A DNA stretch of 63,864 nucleotides, filler included, from Octopus bimaculoides (GCF_001194135.2; 5 parts of 4 records of this genome joined end to end with filler, not necessarily neighbours in it), one strand, 5' to 3'; positions 12,891 through 25,107 are shown, numbered from the whole stretch's first letter. The notes: a model not told the origin generated them from the letters alone. Translations and numbers: made by a program.

Positions 12891-13337
12891 GGATTATTTA
12901 CATTATTTACATTTGACAGATCTTTATCCTCATCTTTGTTGTTAACATATACCCTCCAGCCTTCATCAGGTGTCTTGGGGAAATTTCGAACCTGGGTTCT
13001 CATTCCTAAGGTGTTTCTCAATGTCATTATTATTATTATTATTATTAACGTTACTGCCTGGAATCAAACTTGGAATCTTGGGGTTAGTAGCCCTCGCTCT
13101 TAACCACTACGCCATATGCCCAAGTTTGATTCCAGGTAGTGACCCGAATAATAATAATAATGACATCGAAAAATACGTTAGGAACGAGAACCCAGGTTCA
13201 AAATTTCCCCATGACACCTGATGAAGGCTGGAGGGTATATCAGCCGAAGCGTTGTGTTAACAACAAACAAGATGAGGACAAATATCCGTCAAATGTAAAT
13301 AATGTACATAATTCCTCATCTCTTAAATATAGAACTG
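12891..13337. mobile_element. Head-to-head inverted pair of the tRNA-head/HHR Penelope terminal unit (non-autonomous)
   Basis: Left arm 12891-13121 (minus) has a full tRNA-like head and an HHR missing its GAAAC segment. Right arm 13122-13337 (plus) starts at the B box and ends TAAATATAGAACTG. Confidence 0.85.
13213..13258 (+). ncRNA. Minimal type I hammerhead ribozyme (family A)
   Basis: GACAC-CTGATGA-A-GGCTG(10 nt)CAGCC-GAAGC-GTT^GTGTT. Stem I GACAC/GTGTT, stem II 5 bp. A15.1 is mutated to G. Confidence 0.78.
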
Positions 13338-14494
13338 AAAAAGAGGATGTTTTCTGACGACCCATGGCCTGAAGTCAGCAAATGGCTTTGATTTGGTAAC
13401 AATTCCTGCAGAGATGACAACAAAGGCACGTGATCCTTCAGATTTCAAGATAATTAAATCTTGTTTTTTCTGGGCGTCATTTTATTTTTTTTCTCTTTTT
13501 TTGTTTTGTGTGTGTTTCATTAAAAAGTGAAATCTTAAACTGGATATTCTGTAATAAAGTTAAAATATTATTGAGGTGTATANNNNNNNNNNNNNNNNNN
13601 NNNNNNNNNNNNNNNNNNNNNNNNNNTTAATTAATTAANNNNNNNNNNNNNNNNNNNNNNNNNNNNNNNNNNNNNNNNNNNNGTGAAAATGCACCTAAAT
13701 CTCAAAACATGTAGTCGCTTTTATATTTTGTAATAAATTTATTCAAATTCCAAACCGGTTTCGACAATTTTTTGATTATCAATGATACAAATATATAAAT
13801 AAAAGGTTTAGGAGAGTTTAAAGATACATGGCAAAAATCTGGAAAACATGGTTAAACGATCAAATGTTCACAGAAATTTCAGTGAGTTTCACAGGGATAG
13901 CTAGTAATATAAGTGTAAATATTCAGTGAAGACCATAACAAACGTACATTATTGAAAGCTCAGTCATGGAGTTTTTATTTAAAAAGTGGGAAAGAAGGAC
14001 AAAAAGATGAAGAGAAAGCAAAAGAGTTTTCTTTACAATTTCTGTCGTGGTGCGTGTAGTTTGTTCTGAAGTTCAGTCTAAGCGTACGGGTCTTTTCACC
14101 TACTTAGCTTATTAGAGTTCGAAATGTTGTAAGTCCAAACTTTTTAGTATATATGTATTTTTACGATAAAAGACTAAACTTTGATTGGTTATAATTTTGA
14201 CGACGCCGTTTCGTTTTTCTCGCAGATGTTTTGGTCCAAAATTTTTCTTTCGGCAAATCTAGCGTTTTGGTTGGTTAGCTTCCTGGTGACGTTCAACCTT
14301 CAAAACAATTCTCCTATATTTTTTCCTGCCTGGGAATACACTTCTCTCACTGTATGTATGTGTGTATGTATATATATNNNNNNNNNNNNNNNNNNNNNNN
14401 NNNNNNNNNNNNNNNNNNNNNNNNNNNNNNNNNNNNNNNNNNNNNNNNNNNNNNNNNNNNNNNNNNNNNNNNNNNNNNNNNNNNNNNNNNNNNN

Positions 14495-14548
<54 letters not shown>

Positions 14549-14626
14549 GTATGTAGGTAACATATGGTATAATTATAAACGGCAAATTTTAGCCATTTCT
14601 CCGCAGACTGAAAAAAATAATGAACA

Positions 14627-14670
14627 AACTTAATCGATTTTCGAACCTTATTGGGTTCTCATCAGAAGCG
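14627..14670 (-). ncRNA. Type I hammerhead (family C)
   Basis: GCTT-CTGATGA-GAACC(CAATAA)GGTTC-GAAA-ATCGATT-AAG. Perfect core and stem II, palindromic stem III, weak stem I. Confidence 0.65.
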
Positions 14671-15184
14671 TCCACACCATTCTGACAGTCTCCAGAGTTA
14701 CAAGTAGCCAAACTGTTTATGAAAAACAATAACATAATGGCAAGTTAAACAACATATAGTAGATGCACAAACGAACGAAAAACAAACACAGAAGGTCCTC
14801 AACTCCTCATTAGGTAACGGCCAGAGTGCTAAACGCAATTTCGTGGTTTTAACGGTAATATTCTTTCCACCCTGGTGGCAACCGGCAAGAAACTTGTCGA
14901 GAATGAGACCAAAACATACCCAAACGAAGCGGACAAACAATAAATGGATGAACAAGCAATACGGAAATGGACATACGAAAATAGATAAGAGTAATCCAAT
15001 ATTTAGCACAAGTAAGAGAGTGACTGAAGGTCCGAGTATTTCGTGCGCTGACACTTATCTTTTAAATAATGAAAATAAATATATATTCATATTTTGACTT
15101 CTATTTTTCTTGTTTCTTTCAACATACCTATATATCTATATCCCTATCATTATATGTGTATACAATTATGTGCTTTGACTACAG

Positions 15185-15372
15185 CATTATAGCATTTTAG
15201 CTGTTATCACTCCGTCGCAGAGTTACCTATTTACAGCTGAGTAAACTGGAGTGAAATGATATGAAGTGTTTTGCTCTTAAACACAGTGCACTGATGGTTT
15301 TGGTTTTGGAAACAAAACCACCATTCTGCTTGTGATCGTAAGTGCAACACCTTAACTACCAGACCACATGCC
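15185..15372 (-). mobile_element. tRNA-derived SINE, family 4 (degenerate)
   Basis: Reverse complement GAAGGCATGTGGTCTGGTAGTTAAGGTGTTGCAC..AAGAGCAAAACACTTCA..CTCCAGTTTACTCAGCTG. Confidence 0.5.
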
Positions 15373-15904
15373 TTCACGCACAAACACACACATACATACA
15401 CGCACATACACACCCACCCATACACGCACACACACACACACACACACAAATATATATATCGAGAGAGGAAGGAAGAGATGGAAGAAAGACAGAGAGAGGG
15501 AACAGGTTACAACAGGTGCAGGTCATAAAATTTACACACGTCGTCAGAACTAAATCCAATGCCTTGACTGTACTATTATACACAATAATCGAAGCCAAGA
15601 TTCACACATGGACAGGAACATTTGACTGTCGACTATCAGTATTTTGGGACAAACGTCAAGAGAATGTGAGAAGAATAAAGTTGATGGACGAGATAGAGTT
15701 GGACTTGCTCTTTCCTCATGAGTTATCATCCAAAAGTTGTCACAATTTCATGCCTTTGATGGTGTGAACAGCAAAAGGCTGCTAGAAATAATGAGCAAAC
15801 GTAAAGAACGCCGACGAAAACATGTAGTACATATAAATATAAATGTACAAACAAAATAAAGGCCGCACGTAGAGCAAATTTATTCGTCTCCCTCTCCTTC
15901 CTCT

Positions 15905-15956
15905 TCTACTTGTTGTTGTCGTCATCGTCGTCGTGGTTGTTGCTATTGTTGTTGTT

Positions 15957-15992
<36 letters not shown>

Positions 15993-16078
15993 CTTCTTCT
16001 TCTTCTTCTTCTTCTTCTTCTTCTTCTTCTTCTTCTTCTTCTTCTTCTTCTTCTTCTTCTTCTCTCGTCTTCTTCTTC
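15905..16078. repeat. Compound (GTT)n(CTT)n microsatellite
   Basis: Direct reading. Confidence 0.95.
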
Positions 16079-16740
16079 GACTATTTCTCCATCCCCTAAC
16101 CATACTTTTATCTGCTTTGGTGTTGATATTGTACCTGTCCTGTCCATCTTTTCACAAACTGTTTATATTTTTATTTTGACTTATACTTTTTCTTTCTTCC
16201 CGATATAAAAAAATAACCCACAAAGCCCGCCAGACACTCAATGTCAGAGCGTACCTTACATGCAGGTCTGAAGAAGTGCCTTTCTAATGTTTGAAACTTG
16301 AAATACAACATATATCTTCAATAGAGTTGAAAGCAAAGTTGGTAAAGAAACAATTGTGAGTGGTCATTAAAGATGTAATACAATCTTTTTCTTTTTTTAT
16401 CTTACTTGGATTATATTTTAGTCTTTGCTAAGCCCACAAAACGGTTTTAGCATTATGACACCTGGATTTTGGGAGAATTTCGATGTCACTGAAGACAGGA
16501 ATCTGACAGTGTAAACAGTATAAAAACTGAGGTTGATTCCTGCATTAGAAATACTCCACATTGCTGCTCTCCCAAGACCTTATATATANNNNNNNNNNNN
16601 NNNNNNNNNNNNNNNNNNNNNNNNNNNNNNNNNNNNNNNNNNNNNATATATATAATAACATAAATAATACATAAATATATGCATATATCCATACATATAT
16701 GTACATACCTACATCTATATGTATACATACATGCATATAT

Positions 16741-16920
16741 GGGTACAGGACATCACAAAAAACGTTAAACACAATGAAAAATGAAAACATAAAGACGAAG
16801 ACAGAAAACGAACTTTTTAGCGAACAACGAAAAAACAAAAGAGAAACGAGACATGCAACAAAAGAATATTTCCCTTCTTTAGTTGTCCCTGTTCCATCTA
16901 CTCCGCGTCTCGAAGGCTTC
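16741..16920 (-). mobile_element. PLE-like terminal repeat family E, copy 2 (truncated)
   Basis: Plus strand begins GGGTACAGGAC. Minus strand reads CCTTC-GAGAC-GCG-(15 nt)-GGACAA-CTAAAGA-AGGG. Confidence 0.45.
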
Positions 16921-17183
16921 ACCAAAAAGGAGAGTTATAATTGTCACTAAATGTGACTAGGGTGTAAAAAAATATGTTACATATATGCATACACATTTAA
17001 ATATATACATACATACATACATACATATACACACACACACACAAATATATATATATATGTATATATATGTATGCATGTATGTNNNNNNNNNNNNNNNNNN
17101 NNNNNNNNNNNNNNNNNNNNNNNNNNTTAATTAATTAANNNNNNNNNNNNNNNNNNNNNNNNNNNNNNNNNNNNNNNNNNNNA

Positions 17184-17410
17184 TAGCAGAAGACACTTGT
17201 CCAAGGTGCCATGCAGCGGGACTGAACTCAGAACCATGTGGTTGGGAAGCAAGTTACTTATGTATATATGCATGCACGCACACACATATATGTGTGTACA
17301 TATGTGCATACACACACACACACACACATACACACATACACACACGCACGCACACATTCTTTTATTCGTTTCAGTCACGCTGTTGCGGCCATACTGGAGC
17401 ACTACGGTAG
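17184..17410 (-). mobile_element. Family 2 SINE fragments around a CA/TA microsatellite
   Basis: AGAAGACACTTGTCCAAGGTGCCATGCAGCGGGACTGAAC and TTTCAGTCACGCTGTTGCGGCCATACTGGAGCAC. Confidence 0.75.
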
Positions 17411-17419
17411 TTTTGTACT

Positions 17420-18055
17420 TTGACATATTCTTCTTTGGCAGATTTCTTGAGGGTGGTGGGATTTCATATCACCACGCCTGCATGTGCTTTCTTCCTCGGT
17501 TGTTGGCCCATTTGGTGTGCGAAGGAGTTTGATATTGCGTCTCTCATCTCTACTTCATGTCGGGCCGTTGGTTCATCCAGAATTGTAGATAGGAAAATGA
17601 CCATATTCTTTTTGAAGACACCCACGTCCTCATTGTGTAGGTTTCTTAATTTTTGTGGCAGAGCATTGAAGAGCGGTGGGTCTTTGAATCCTAAGCTATT
17701 GCGGTACCTAGCCCTGGCTTTAGATGGGATGAACGGTACCTTTGGTAAAATACAATGACGTCCAGTTCGATGCCGAATTTAGGTCCCAGCCCTTCAAGAA
17801 TTTTGCAAATGTAGATTATTTCATATCTATCGTGTCTTCACTCCAGGGGATAAAGTCATAATTTTTTTCAGCCTTTCTTTGTAGTTTATCTGCTGCGTTG
17901 TTACTTGGCGCCATGTGGTGACCACAGCTGAGAGCAGCAGTCCAGGCGGCTGAGAACAAAGGCTTCCCACAGTGCCACCATGACGTCTTGGACTCTTGTC
18001 TAGAAAGATATTAGTATTCACCTTGCCAGCTGTCTGCACTCTGTTGCCATTTTTA
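17420..18055 (-). mobile_element. CR1-clade LINE, 3' part
   Basis: Minus translation AFVLSRLDCCSQLWSPH..RYRNSLGFKDPPLFNALP..VFKK..FLSTILDEP, with stops and frameshifts. Confidence 0.85.
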
Positions 18056-18795
18056 TGTTGTACAGGTCGGGATGTGTGAATACTATATCTTTATTTACAA
18101 TGTGTTCGATAAGTTATAACAATTATTATTGTTTCTTAATTAAAAGCTATGATGATAATCTCGTTACTTATAACTTAATCATAAGTATTTATCACTAAGC
18201 ATAACTCTTATTGTAGGCTGCGTAAATGTTATGATTACTTATACATACCAAGACGCTGAACGTGCGTTCAATACGTACATGTATGTTGAAGATATAGTTT
18301 CGTATTCTTTTGACCGTTGCACATAAAAAATTACAGTTTCATAAATATACAGAAATAAATTCAACAAGTTGAAAGAAACGAGAAGAAAAGGAATTAAATT
18401 TCTACATTAGTTTATTATATACATTTGGCATATATAGAACCATTAGAAATAAAGTAATTTTGTCGTAGAGAATTGCGACTTAAAATTTACACTAACTAAT
18501 CTTTCATTCTAACTACAAGAGTTCGCAACAATTCAATATTGTCGGAATTGAGTATTGAACATGGCATAAATATTAGCCGATACTCAAGAGAGTGAATGTC
18601 GTGGATTTGAATGGCAACCCAACGATCACTGGAGAGTTTCCCGAAAATCAGGGTCTTTATAACTGCTCATACACGAATTCTAGAACCGTACTTCGTGAAA
18701 TATTTCTTTAATGAAAATTCCGAATTCGTATATGGGCAGTAATTTTCAACCAATGAGAAATCAATAATTTCTCCTGTTCGGGCAAACGAACCTAG
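18056..18795 (+). mobile_element. Probable non-autonomous Helitron-like insertion
   Basis: Inserted between A and T with no TSD. Ends in hairpin GTTCG-GGCAAA-CGAAC followed by CTAG. The 5' end is TG rather than TC. Confidence 0.5.
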
Positions 18796-19150
18796 TAATG
18801 AGTATATGAAAAGATGCATAATTCCACATACTGATCTCCAAGTCTCTCACTGTCTGTGACTCTGGAATTGTAGTATCTTCGGGTCCTGTATAAGCAGATT
18901 GTGGTGCATTTGTGAGCTGATAGCTCAGTGCTTGAACTTTTCCAGCACTAAACTGCATATTGTTTTCTTCATCCCCCTTATATGCTGCATTTAGGTCCCG
19001 CTGAAACCTTGCAACACCGTTAGGGTTCTTTATTACCTGTGATAACTTTGTATCATCGGCGTAGCTAGTGACAGTGGTTGTCTGAGTTATTATGGGCATC
19101 TCTAAGAGAGTTATTATAAACAGCAATTATCCTAAGACAGTTCCCTGGTG
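18796..19150 (-). mobile_element. CR1-clade LINE RT fragment (continues in frame into 18055)
   Basis: QGTVLG*LLFII..SYADDTKL..QRDLN..NNMQFS..VRDLEI. Rejoins 17420-18055 once the 18056-18795 insert is removed. Confidence 0.88.
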
Positions 19151-19290
19151 AGTTCACTTCACCCATTCACCCATCAGTATGAGTAACATCTTGAATAAAG
19201 CTGCATAAGAATGTCAACCTTTTGGATGAATGTGTATCTGTGTGTGTGTATGTGTGTCTGTGTATGTATGTATGCATTAACGCACACACA

Positions 19291-19333
<43 letters not shown>

Positions 19334-20998
19334 ATTCATTTCTTTCATTCTTATTTTTATGTAATAGTTTACCGCACATATAGACGTACATACATATTGA
19401 TATGTCTGTCTTTTTTTCTCTTTCGTCTCTCTTACTATTATTATTACTGTTATTTTCCCCTTTTACCATTTGCTTGTAAGTATCCGATTTCTTCCATATT
19501 ACCCCATTTGTATTCTCCCTTATTGTATCTTATTTTAATTTACTTTATTATATTAAACCTTTTTGATGTCCTTACAAAAATTCCTCGCGCTGATGAAAAT
19601 GACAATGCATAAATTTAATTATAATTACTATGGTTATAATTTTTTCTTACATATTTGTATTGTTCTTTGAAACGCGCGTGTGTATTGAATCCTATTTTGT
19701 ATTAAATATAATTTTGACACAATATCNNNNNNNNNNNNNNNNNNNNNNNNNNNNNNNNNNNNNNNNNNNNNNNNNNNNNNNNNNNNNNNNNNNNNNNNNN
19801 NNNNNNNNNNNNNNNNNNNNNNNNNNNNNNNNNNNNNNNNNNNNNNNNNNNNNNNNNNNNNNNNNNNNNNNNNNNNNNNNNNNNNNNNNNNNNNNNNNNN
19901 NNNNNNNNNNNNNNNNNNNNNNNNNNNNNNNNNNNNNNNNNNNNNNNNNNNNNNNNNNNNNNNNNNNNNNNNNNNNNNNNNNNNNNNNNNNNNNNNNNNN
20001 NNNNNNNNNNNNNNNNNNNNNNNNNNNNNNNNNNAAAAAAAAACCAGAAACCATTCAAATCTAATTTTCATAGTTGACCCATGAAAATATACAAAACAGG
20101 ATGAAAAAGTAATAGACGGCACACAACTTTCCATCCCAAATGTGCAATGAACGAGCAAACGGTAAATTTCCTCAAATTTAAACCTAAAAATTTTATATTA
20201 TAATTTCATTTACTGTTCAATTTAGAACGCTATAAAATCCGTTAGAATAATAATCATCAAAATAAATATCAAATTTAATAAATAAATAAATAAATAAATA
20301 AAGAATGTAAGAAAGAAAGAAAGAAATCATGCCGTAGAAAACAATTTTTTAAAATTATAACATTCAAACTAGAGTAAAACAAAAACACTTAAATGATAAT
20401 AACAATAATAATAATAATGATGATAATGTTCTTGATAAATTCACTCTAAAAAACTCTAGCATATACCAATATACACAATTAAAATAAAATTTAATCTTAT
20501 ATCAATTCAGCAAAAAAAAATATATCCCTCAGTACTATCATGTTATATTACATCTCAATATCCGTAGAACAGAAACCCGTCTTCAATGAAAAAAACACCT
20601 ATAATAAAATTCTAACTCAAACATACGGTAATTCATACTACACTTATCTATATTCTAACTATGCCTACACACACATATACACAGACAAACACACACACAC
20701 ACATACATATACACATATATACANNNNNNNNNNNNNNNNNNNNNNNNNNNNNNNNNNNNNNNNNNNNNNNNNNNNNNNNNNNNNNNNNNNNNNNNNNNNN
20801 NNNNNNNNNNNNNNNNNNNNNNNTATTATTATTATTATTATTATTATTATCATTATTATCATAATTATTATTACTACTTTTTTGCCGGTTAGGCTCTACG
20901 AACACGCACTCACTCAGCTACACTCAGATACACTTATATGCATATATACAGACATGCATATATTTGTGTGTGTGTGTGTATGAATGTGTGTGTCTGCG

Positions 20999-21034
<36 letters not shown>

Positions 21035-21187
21035 ATATGTGTATATGTGCGTATATTACATAGAAAGAGAGCAAGAGAGAGAAAGAGAAAGAGAGAGCAT
21101 AAGTAAGGGAGAGAAAGAAACATTAATTTCATAGGGCACCTGCTTCAGAACTCATTTTCTTAATGTATTTTCAAGAGTAGCGGCACG

Positions 21188-21272
<85 letters not shown>

Positions 21273-21410
21273 GCACACAAACAAACGTCAACCCACAGAC
21301 GAATTTCTAAGGACCTATATAGATATATGTATATTTGCATCTTTATATATGTATACATGCATATATATATATATGTATATGCATATATGTGTGTATATAT
21401 GTATATATGT

Positions 21411-21746
21411 GGAGGCGCAATAGCCGAGTGGTTAGGGCAGCGGACTCGCAGTCATAGGATCGCGGTTTCGATTTCCAGACCGGGCATTGTGAGTGTTTAT
21501 TGAGCGAAAACACCTAAAGCCCCACGAGGCTCCAGAAAGGGATGGTGGCGAACCCTGTTGTACTTTTTCACCACAACTTTCTCTCACTCTTACTTCCTGT
21601 TTCTGTTGTGCCTGTAATTCAAAGGGTCAGCCTTGTCACACTGTGTCACGCTGAATATCCCCGAGAACTACGTTAAGGGTACACGCGTCCTTGGAGTGCT
21701 CAGCCACTTGCACGTTAATTTCACGAGCAGGCTGTTCCGTTGATCG
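21411..21746 (+). mobile_element. tRNA-derived SINE, family 3
   Basis: GGAGGCGCAATAGCCGAGTGGTTAGGGCAGCGGACTCGC..GGTTTCGATTTCC head. Body repeated at 1561-1675 and partly at 45190-45320. Confidence 0.85.
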
Positions 21747-22406
21747 ATATANNNNNNNNNNNNNNNNNNNNNNNNNNNNNNNNNNNNNNNNNNNNNNNNN
21801 NNNNNNNNNNNNNNNNNNNNNNNNNNNNNNNNNNNNNNNNNNNNNNNNNNNNNNNNNNNNNNNNNNNNNNNNNNNNNNNNNNNNNNNNNNNNNNNNNNNN
21901 NNNNNNNNNNNNNNNNNNNNNNNNNNNNNNNNNNNNNNNNNNNNNNNNNNNNNNNNNNNNNNNNNNNNNNNNNNNNNNNNNNNNNNNNNNNNNNNNNNNN
22001 NNNNNNNNNNNNNNNNNNNNNNNNNNNNNNNNNNNNNNNNNNNNNNNNNNNNNNNNNNNNNNNNNNNNNNNNNNNNNNNNNNNNNNNNNNNNNNNNNNNN
22101 NNNNNNNNNNNNNNNNNNNNNNNNNNNNNNNNNNNNNNNNNNNNNNNNNNNNNNNNNNNNNNNNNNNNNNNNNNNNNNNNNNNNNNNNNNNNNNNNNNNN
22201 NNNNNNNNNNNNNNNNNNNNNNNNNNNNNNNNNNNNNNNNNNNNNNNNNNNNNNNNNNNNNNNNNNNNNNNNNNNNNNNNNNNNNNNNNNNNNNNNNNNN
22301 NNNNNNNNNNNNNNNNNNNNNNNNNNNNNNNNNNNNNNNNNNNNNNNNNNNNNNNNNNNNNNNNNNNNNNNNNNNNNNNNNNNNNNNNNNNNNNNNNNNN
22401 NNNNNN

Positions 22407-22437
<31 letters not shown>

Positions 22438-22557
22438 AACTTCAACATATATAAATGGTCGTATTATCTACAAGTATTTAACACATGCGCACGCATACGT
22501 AGTCATACACACACTCACATGCACATGTACACACGCATACACGCATACACACGCATA

Positions 22558-22589
<32 letters not shown>

Positions 22590-22591
<2 letters not shown>

Positions 22592-22681
22592 ATCACCACC
22601 ACCACCACCACATGAATAACGACGATGACACCGATGACGACGATGACAATGATGATGACTACAACGACGACAGCAATGACG

Positions 22682-22713
<32 letters not shown>

Positions 22714-22716
22714 GAT
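22590..22716. repeat. (CAC)n then (GAT/GAC)n microsatellite
   Basis: Direct reading. Confidence 0.9.
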
Positions 22717-23026
22717 GCCTATGGAAACACGTGAAATCTAATGATACGAAATGACCGGTTCACTGAAATTTATAATGAAGATTTTCGATGTCCACTCCTT
22801 ATACCCGATAACAAATAGTGACAGGGTCAATATAGTCCCTAAAATAGGGAGCAGTGACCTGATCATGGCATAATATACAGAGTAGAGTAGAACCTAGAGC
22901 AGAGTGTAGTGTCTTGCGAAGAGTATAGGTTTGTATCAAGAGCTTGGTGTTCAGAACAAAGTGCTGTTGTCTAGGGTAGTGTGAAGTGTCTAAAACATGA
23001 TGTGGTGTCAAGAGTAAGAAACTCTA

Positions 23027-23490
23027 CCAACTGCATGGTTCCTGGTTCAGTCCCAGTGCGTGGCACCTTGGGTAAGTGTCTTCTACTATAGCCTCGGGNN
23101 NNNNNNNNNNNNNNNNNNNNNNNNNNNNNNNNNNNNNNNNNNNNNNNNNNNNNNNNNNNNNNNNNNNNNNNNNNNNNNNNNNNNNNNNNNNNNNNNNNNN
23201 NNNNNNNNNNNNNNNNNNNNNNNNNNNNNNNNNNNNNNNNNNNNNNNNNNNNNNNNNNNNNNNNNNNNNNNNNNNNNNNNNGTGTATGTGTGTTTGTGTG
23301 TGTGTTTGTCCCCACACCCAACATCGCTTGACAATCGATACTGGTGTGTTTACGTCCCTGTAAATTAGCGGTTAGGCAAAACAGACCGATAGAATAAGTA
23401 CTAGGCTTACAAAGAATATGTCCTGGGGTCGATTTTCTCGACTAAAAGCGGTGCTCTAGCAGGGTCGCAGACTGAAACAAATAAAAGAAT
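23027..23490 (+). mobile_element. Family 2 SINE spanning an N gap
   Basis: GGTTCAGTCCCAGTGCGTGGCACCTTGGGTAAGTGTCTT head; 3' half at 23282-23490. Confidence 0.85.
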
Positions 23491-23549
23491 ATATCCAGAA
23501 CAGAGCGCAGTGTCTAGTGCCCAATGTAGAATCTAGAATAAAGATGTAG

Positions 23550-24050
23550 GTACGGCGAGCTGGCAGAAACGTTAGCACGCGGGGCGAAATGCTTAGCGGT
23601 ATTTCGTCTGTCTTTAAGTTCTGAGTTCAAATTCCGCAGAGGTCGACNNNNNNNNNNCTGTCTTTAAGTTCTGAGTTCAAATTCCGCAGAGGTCGACTTT
23701 GCCTTTCATCCTTTCGTAGTCGATAAATTAAGTACCAGTTGCGTACTGGGTAGAGCTAATCGACTAGCCCCCTCTCCCAAAATGTCGGGCCTTGTGCCTA
23801 GAGTAGAACAGATTATTATTTCTATCAAAACGGCAGAGATTTGGTATAACCGTTCATACGCCGGACAAAATCCTTAGTAGTATTTCGCAATCCGTCTCTA
23901 TGTTCTGAGTTCATACTCTGTCGAGCTCGATTTTGCCTTTCTTCCGTTTGATGTCGATTAAAATAAATACCAGTCAAGTATTGAGGTCGATGTAATCGTT
24001 TCCCCCACCCCCTTCAACGAATTTTGGTATTGTACCAAAATTTGAAGCCA
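23550..24050 (+). mobile_element. Family 1 SINE followed by an older degenerate copy
   Basis: GGCGAGCTGGCAGAAACGTTAGC head; duplicated segment across the gap at 23648-23657. Confidence 0.85.
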
Positions 24051-25107
24051 TTACCATTTCTATCAAATTCCAATGAAATTCATGACTAGTCGATCCAAGT
24101 TAATAACATAGATCAGAGATTCCCAGACGGTGCTTGCTAAAGATCAATATGGGTGCTATGAATTTGTTAAGATAAATTTTGTGTCAATATACTTGAAACA
24201 GCCTTGTATCAAAATACCGGTTCGTGCAACATTTATATTGTGTATACAAACGTACAATGACACAAGCTGCATCAGTTTGTCTCAGAAGCACATCACAGAG
24301 ACATCTGTGTAGAAAATACAAGGCTTTTCTCAGGTTGCCGGTTGATCACCCGCAGCTATGTTTCGGTCTTATTTAGTTTCTTCGGTGATGCATACCCCAG
24401 ACATTCTCAACGAAGCCGTAAATACTACACTTTCTGATTGATGTGAAAGTGAGCCAACCTAGAATTAAATTAATATATGTACTTTAAACAGCATCAGATT
24501 ACAAAATGGGTATGTATTTGCAATGTTCAACTTTTAGAAAATCCATACCATTGTGTATCTTAAAAAATATATATTCATAATTGTCTAATACAAAAATATG
24601 ATTAATAAAACAAATTATGCAACGGTTCTTTTAAACGTTTTGCTAAATTTTTAACTTTCCATGCAAAATACTCCAGTAATTGTTCGTTTGATCTCCCATG
24701 TATCACATATTAAAACTGAAAAAACAAAAACAACTTGAGAAATACAGATCTAGAGAATTGGTAAATTTAGGTGATATAGAGACAGAAATAAGTGCCCAAT
24801 GATCAGACTCTGAGATATAGTGGAAGCCAATTTTCTTTATTTGTATTGTTAATCTCTTTCGTAAGAAAAAAAAAACATGCCATTGTGTCTAACACTGAGG
24901 AAAATATAGTACGGAAAAAAAAACAGAGTAATAGGTAGATGAATCCCAGTAAAAGTCGTATGAAAAAGTTATAGCGCATTTATATATTCAATAAAACGTG
25001 TTCTTTGCTCACGTGTTAGTTGTCAATTTCTACAAGTTGTGTGTTATCAGTTAATAAACGCATTTATAATTTGTTTAATTACTTTAACTTTCATTTATGG
25101 TGTTTAA

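Noticed and set aside
13627-13638. TTAATTAATTAA islands inside N gaps (also 17127-17138, 26247-26258, 55957-55968)
   Set aside because: An identical 12-mer centred in gaps that gives stops in all six frames; a scaffolding spacer, not biology.
14181-14340. Plus-strand exon MFWSKIFLSANLAFWLVSF after TTTTCTCGCAG
   Set aside because: The TTTTCG/CGAAAA-type motifs resemble subterminal repeats also seen near 43005-43210 and 44820-44940; more likely a MITE, with no good donor or homology.
15782-16208. Poly-R/T/K/N/L/F ORFs, and the poly-M/D ORFs at 43770-44133 and CV/HT/YI ORFs elsewhere
   Set aside because: Translations of microsatellites, open in several frames, with no splice or homology support.
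23618-23697. Tandem duplications across 10-N gaps (also 32386-32492)
   Set aside because: Identical sequence on both sides of a tiny gap is typical of an unmerged contig overlap.
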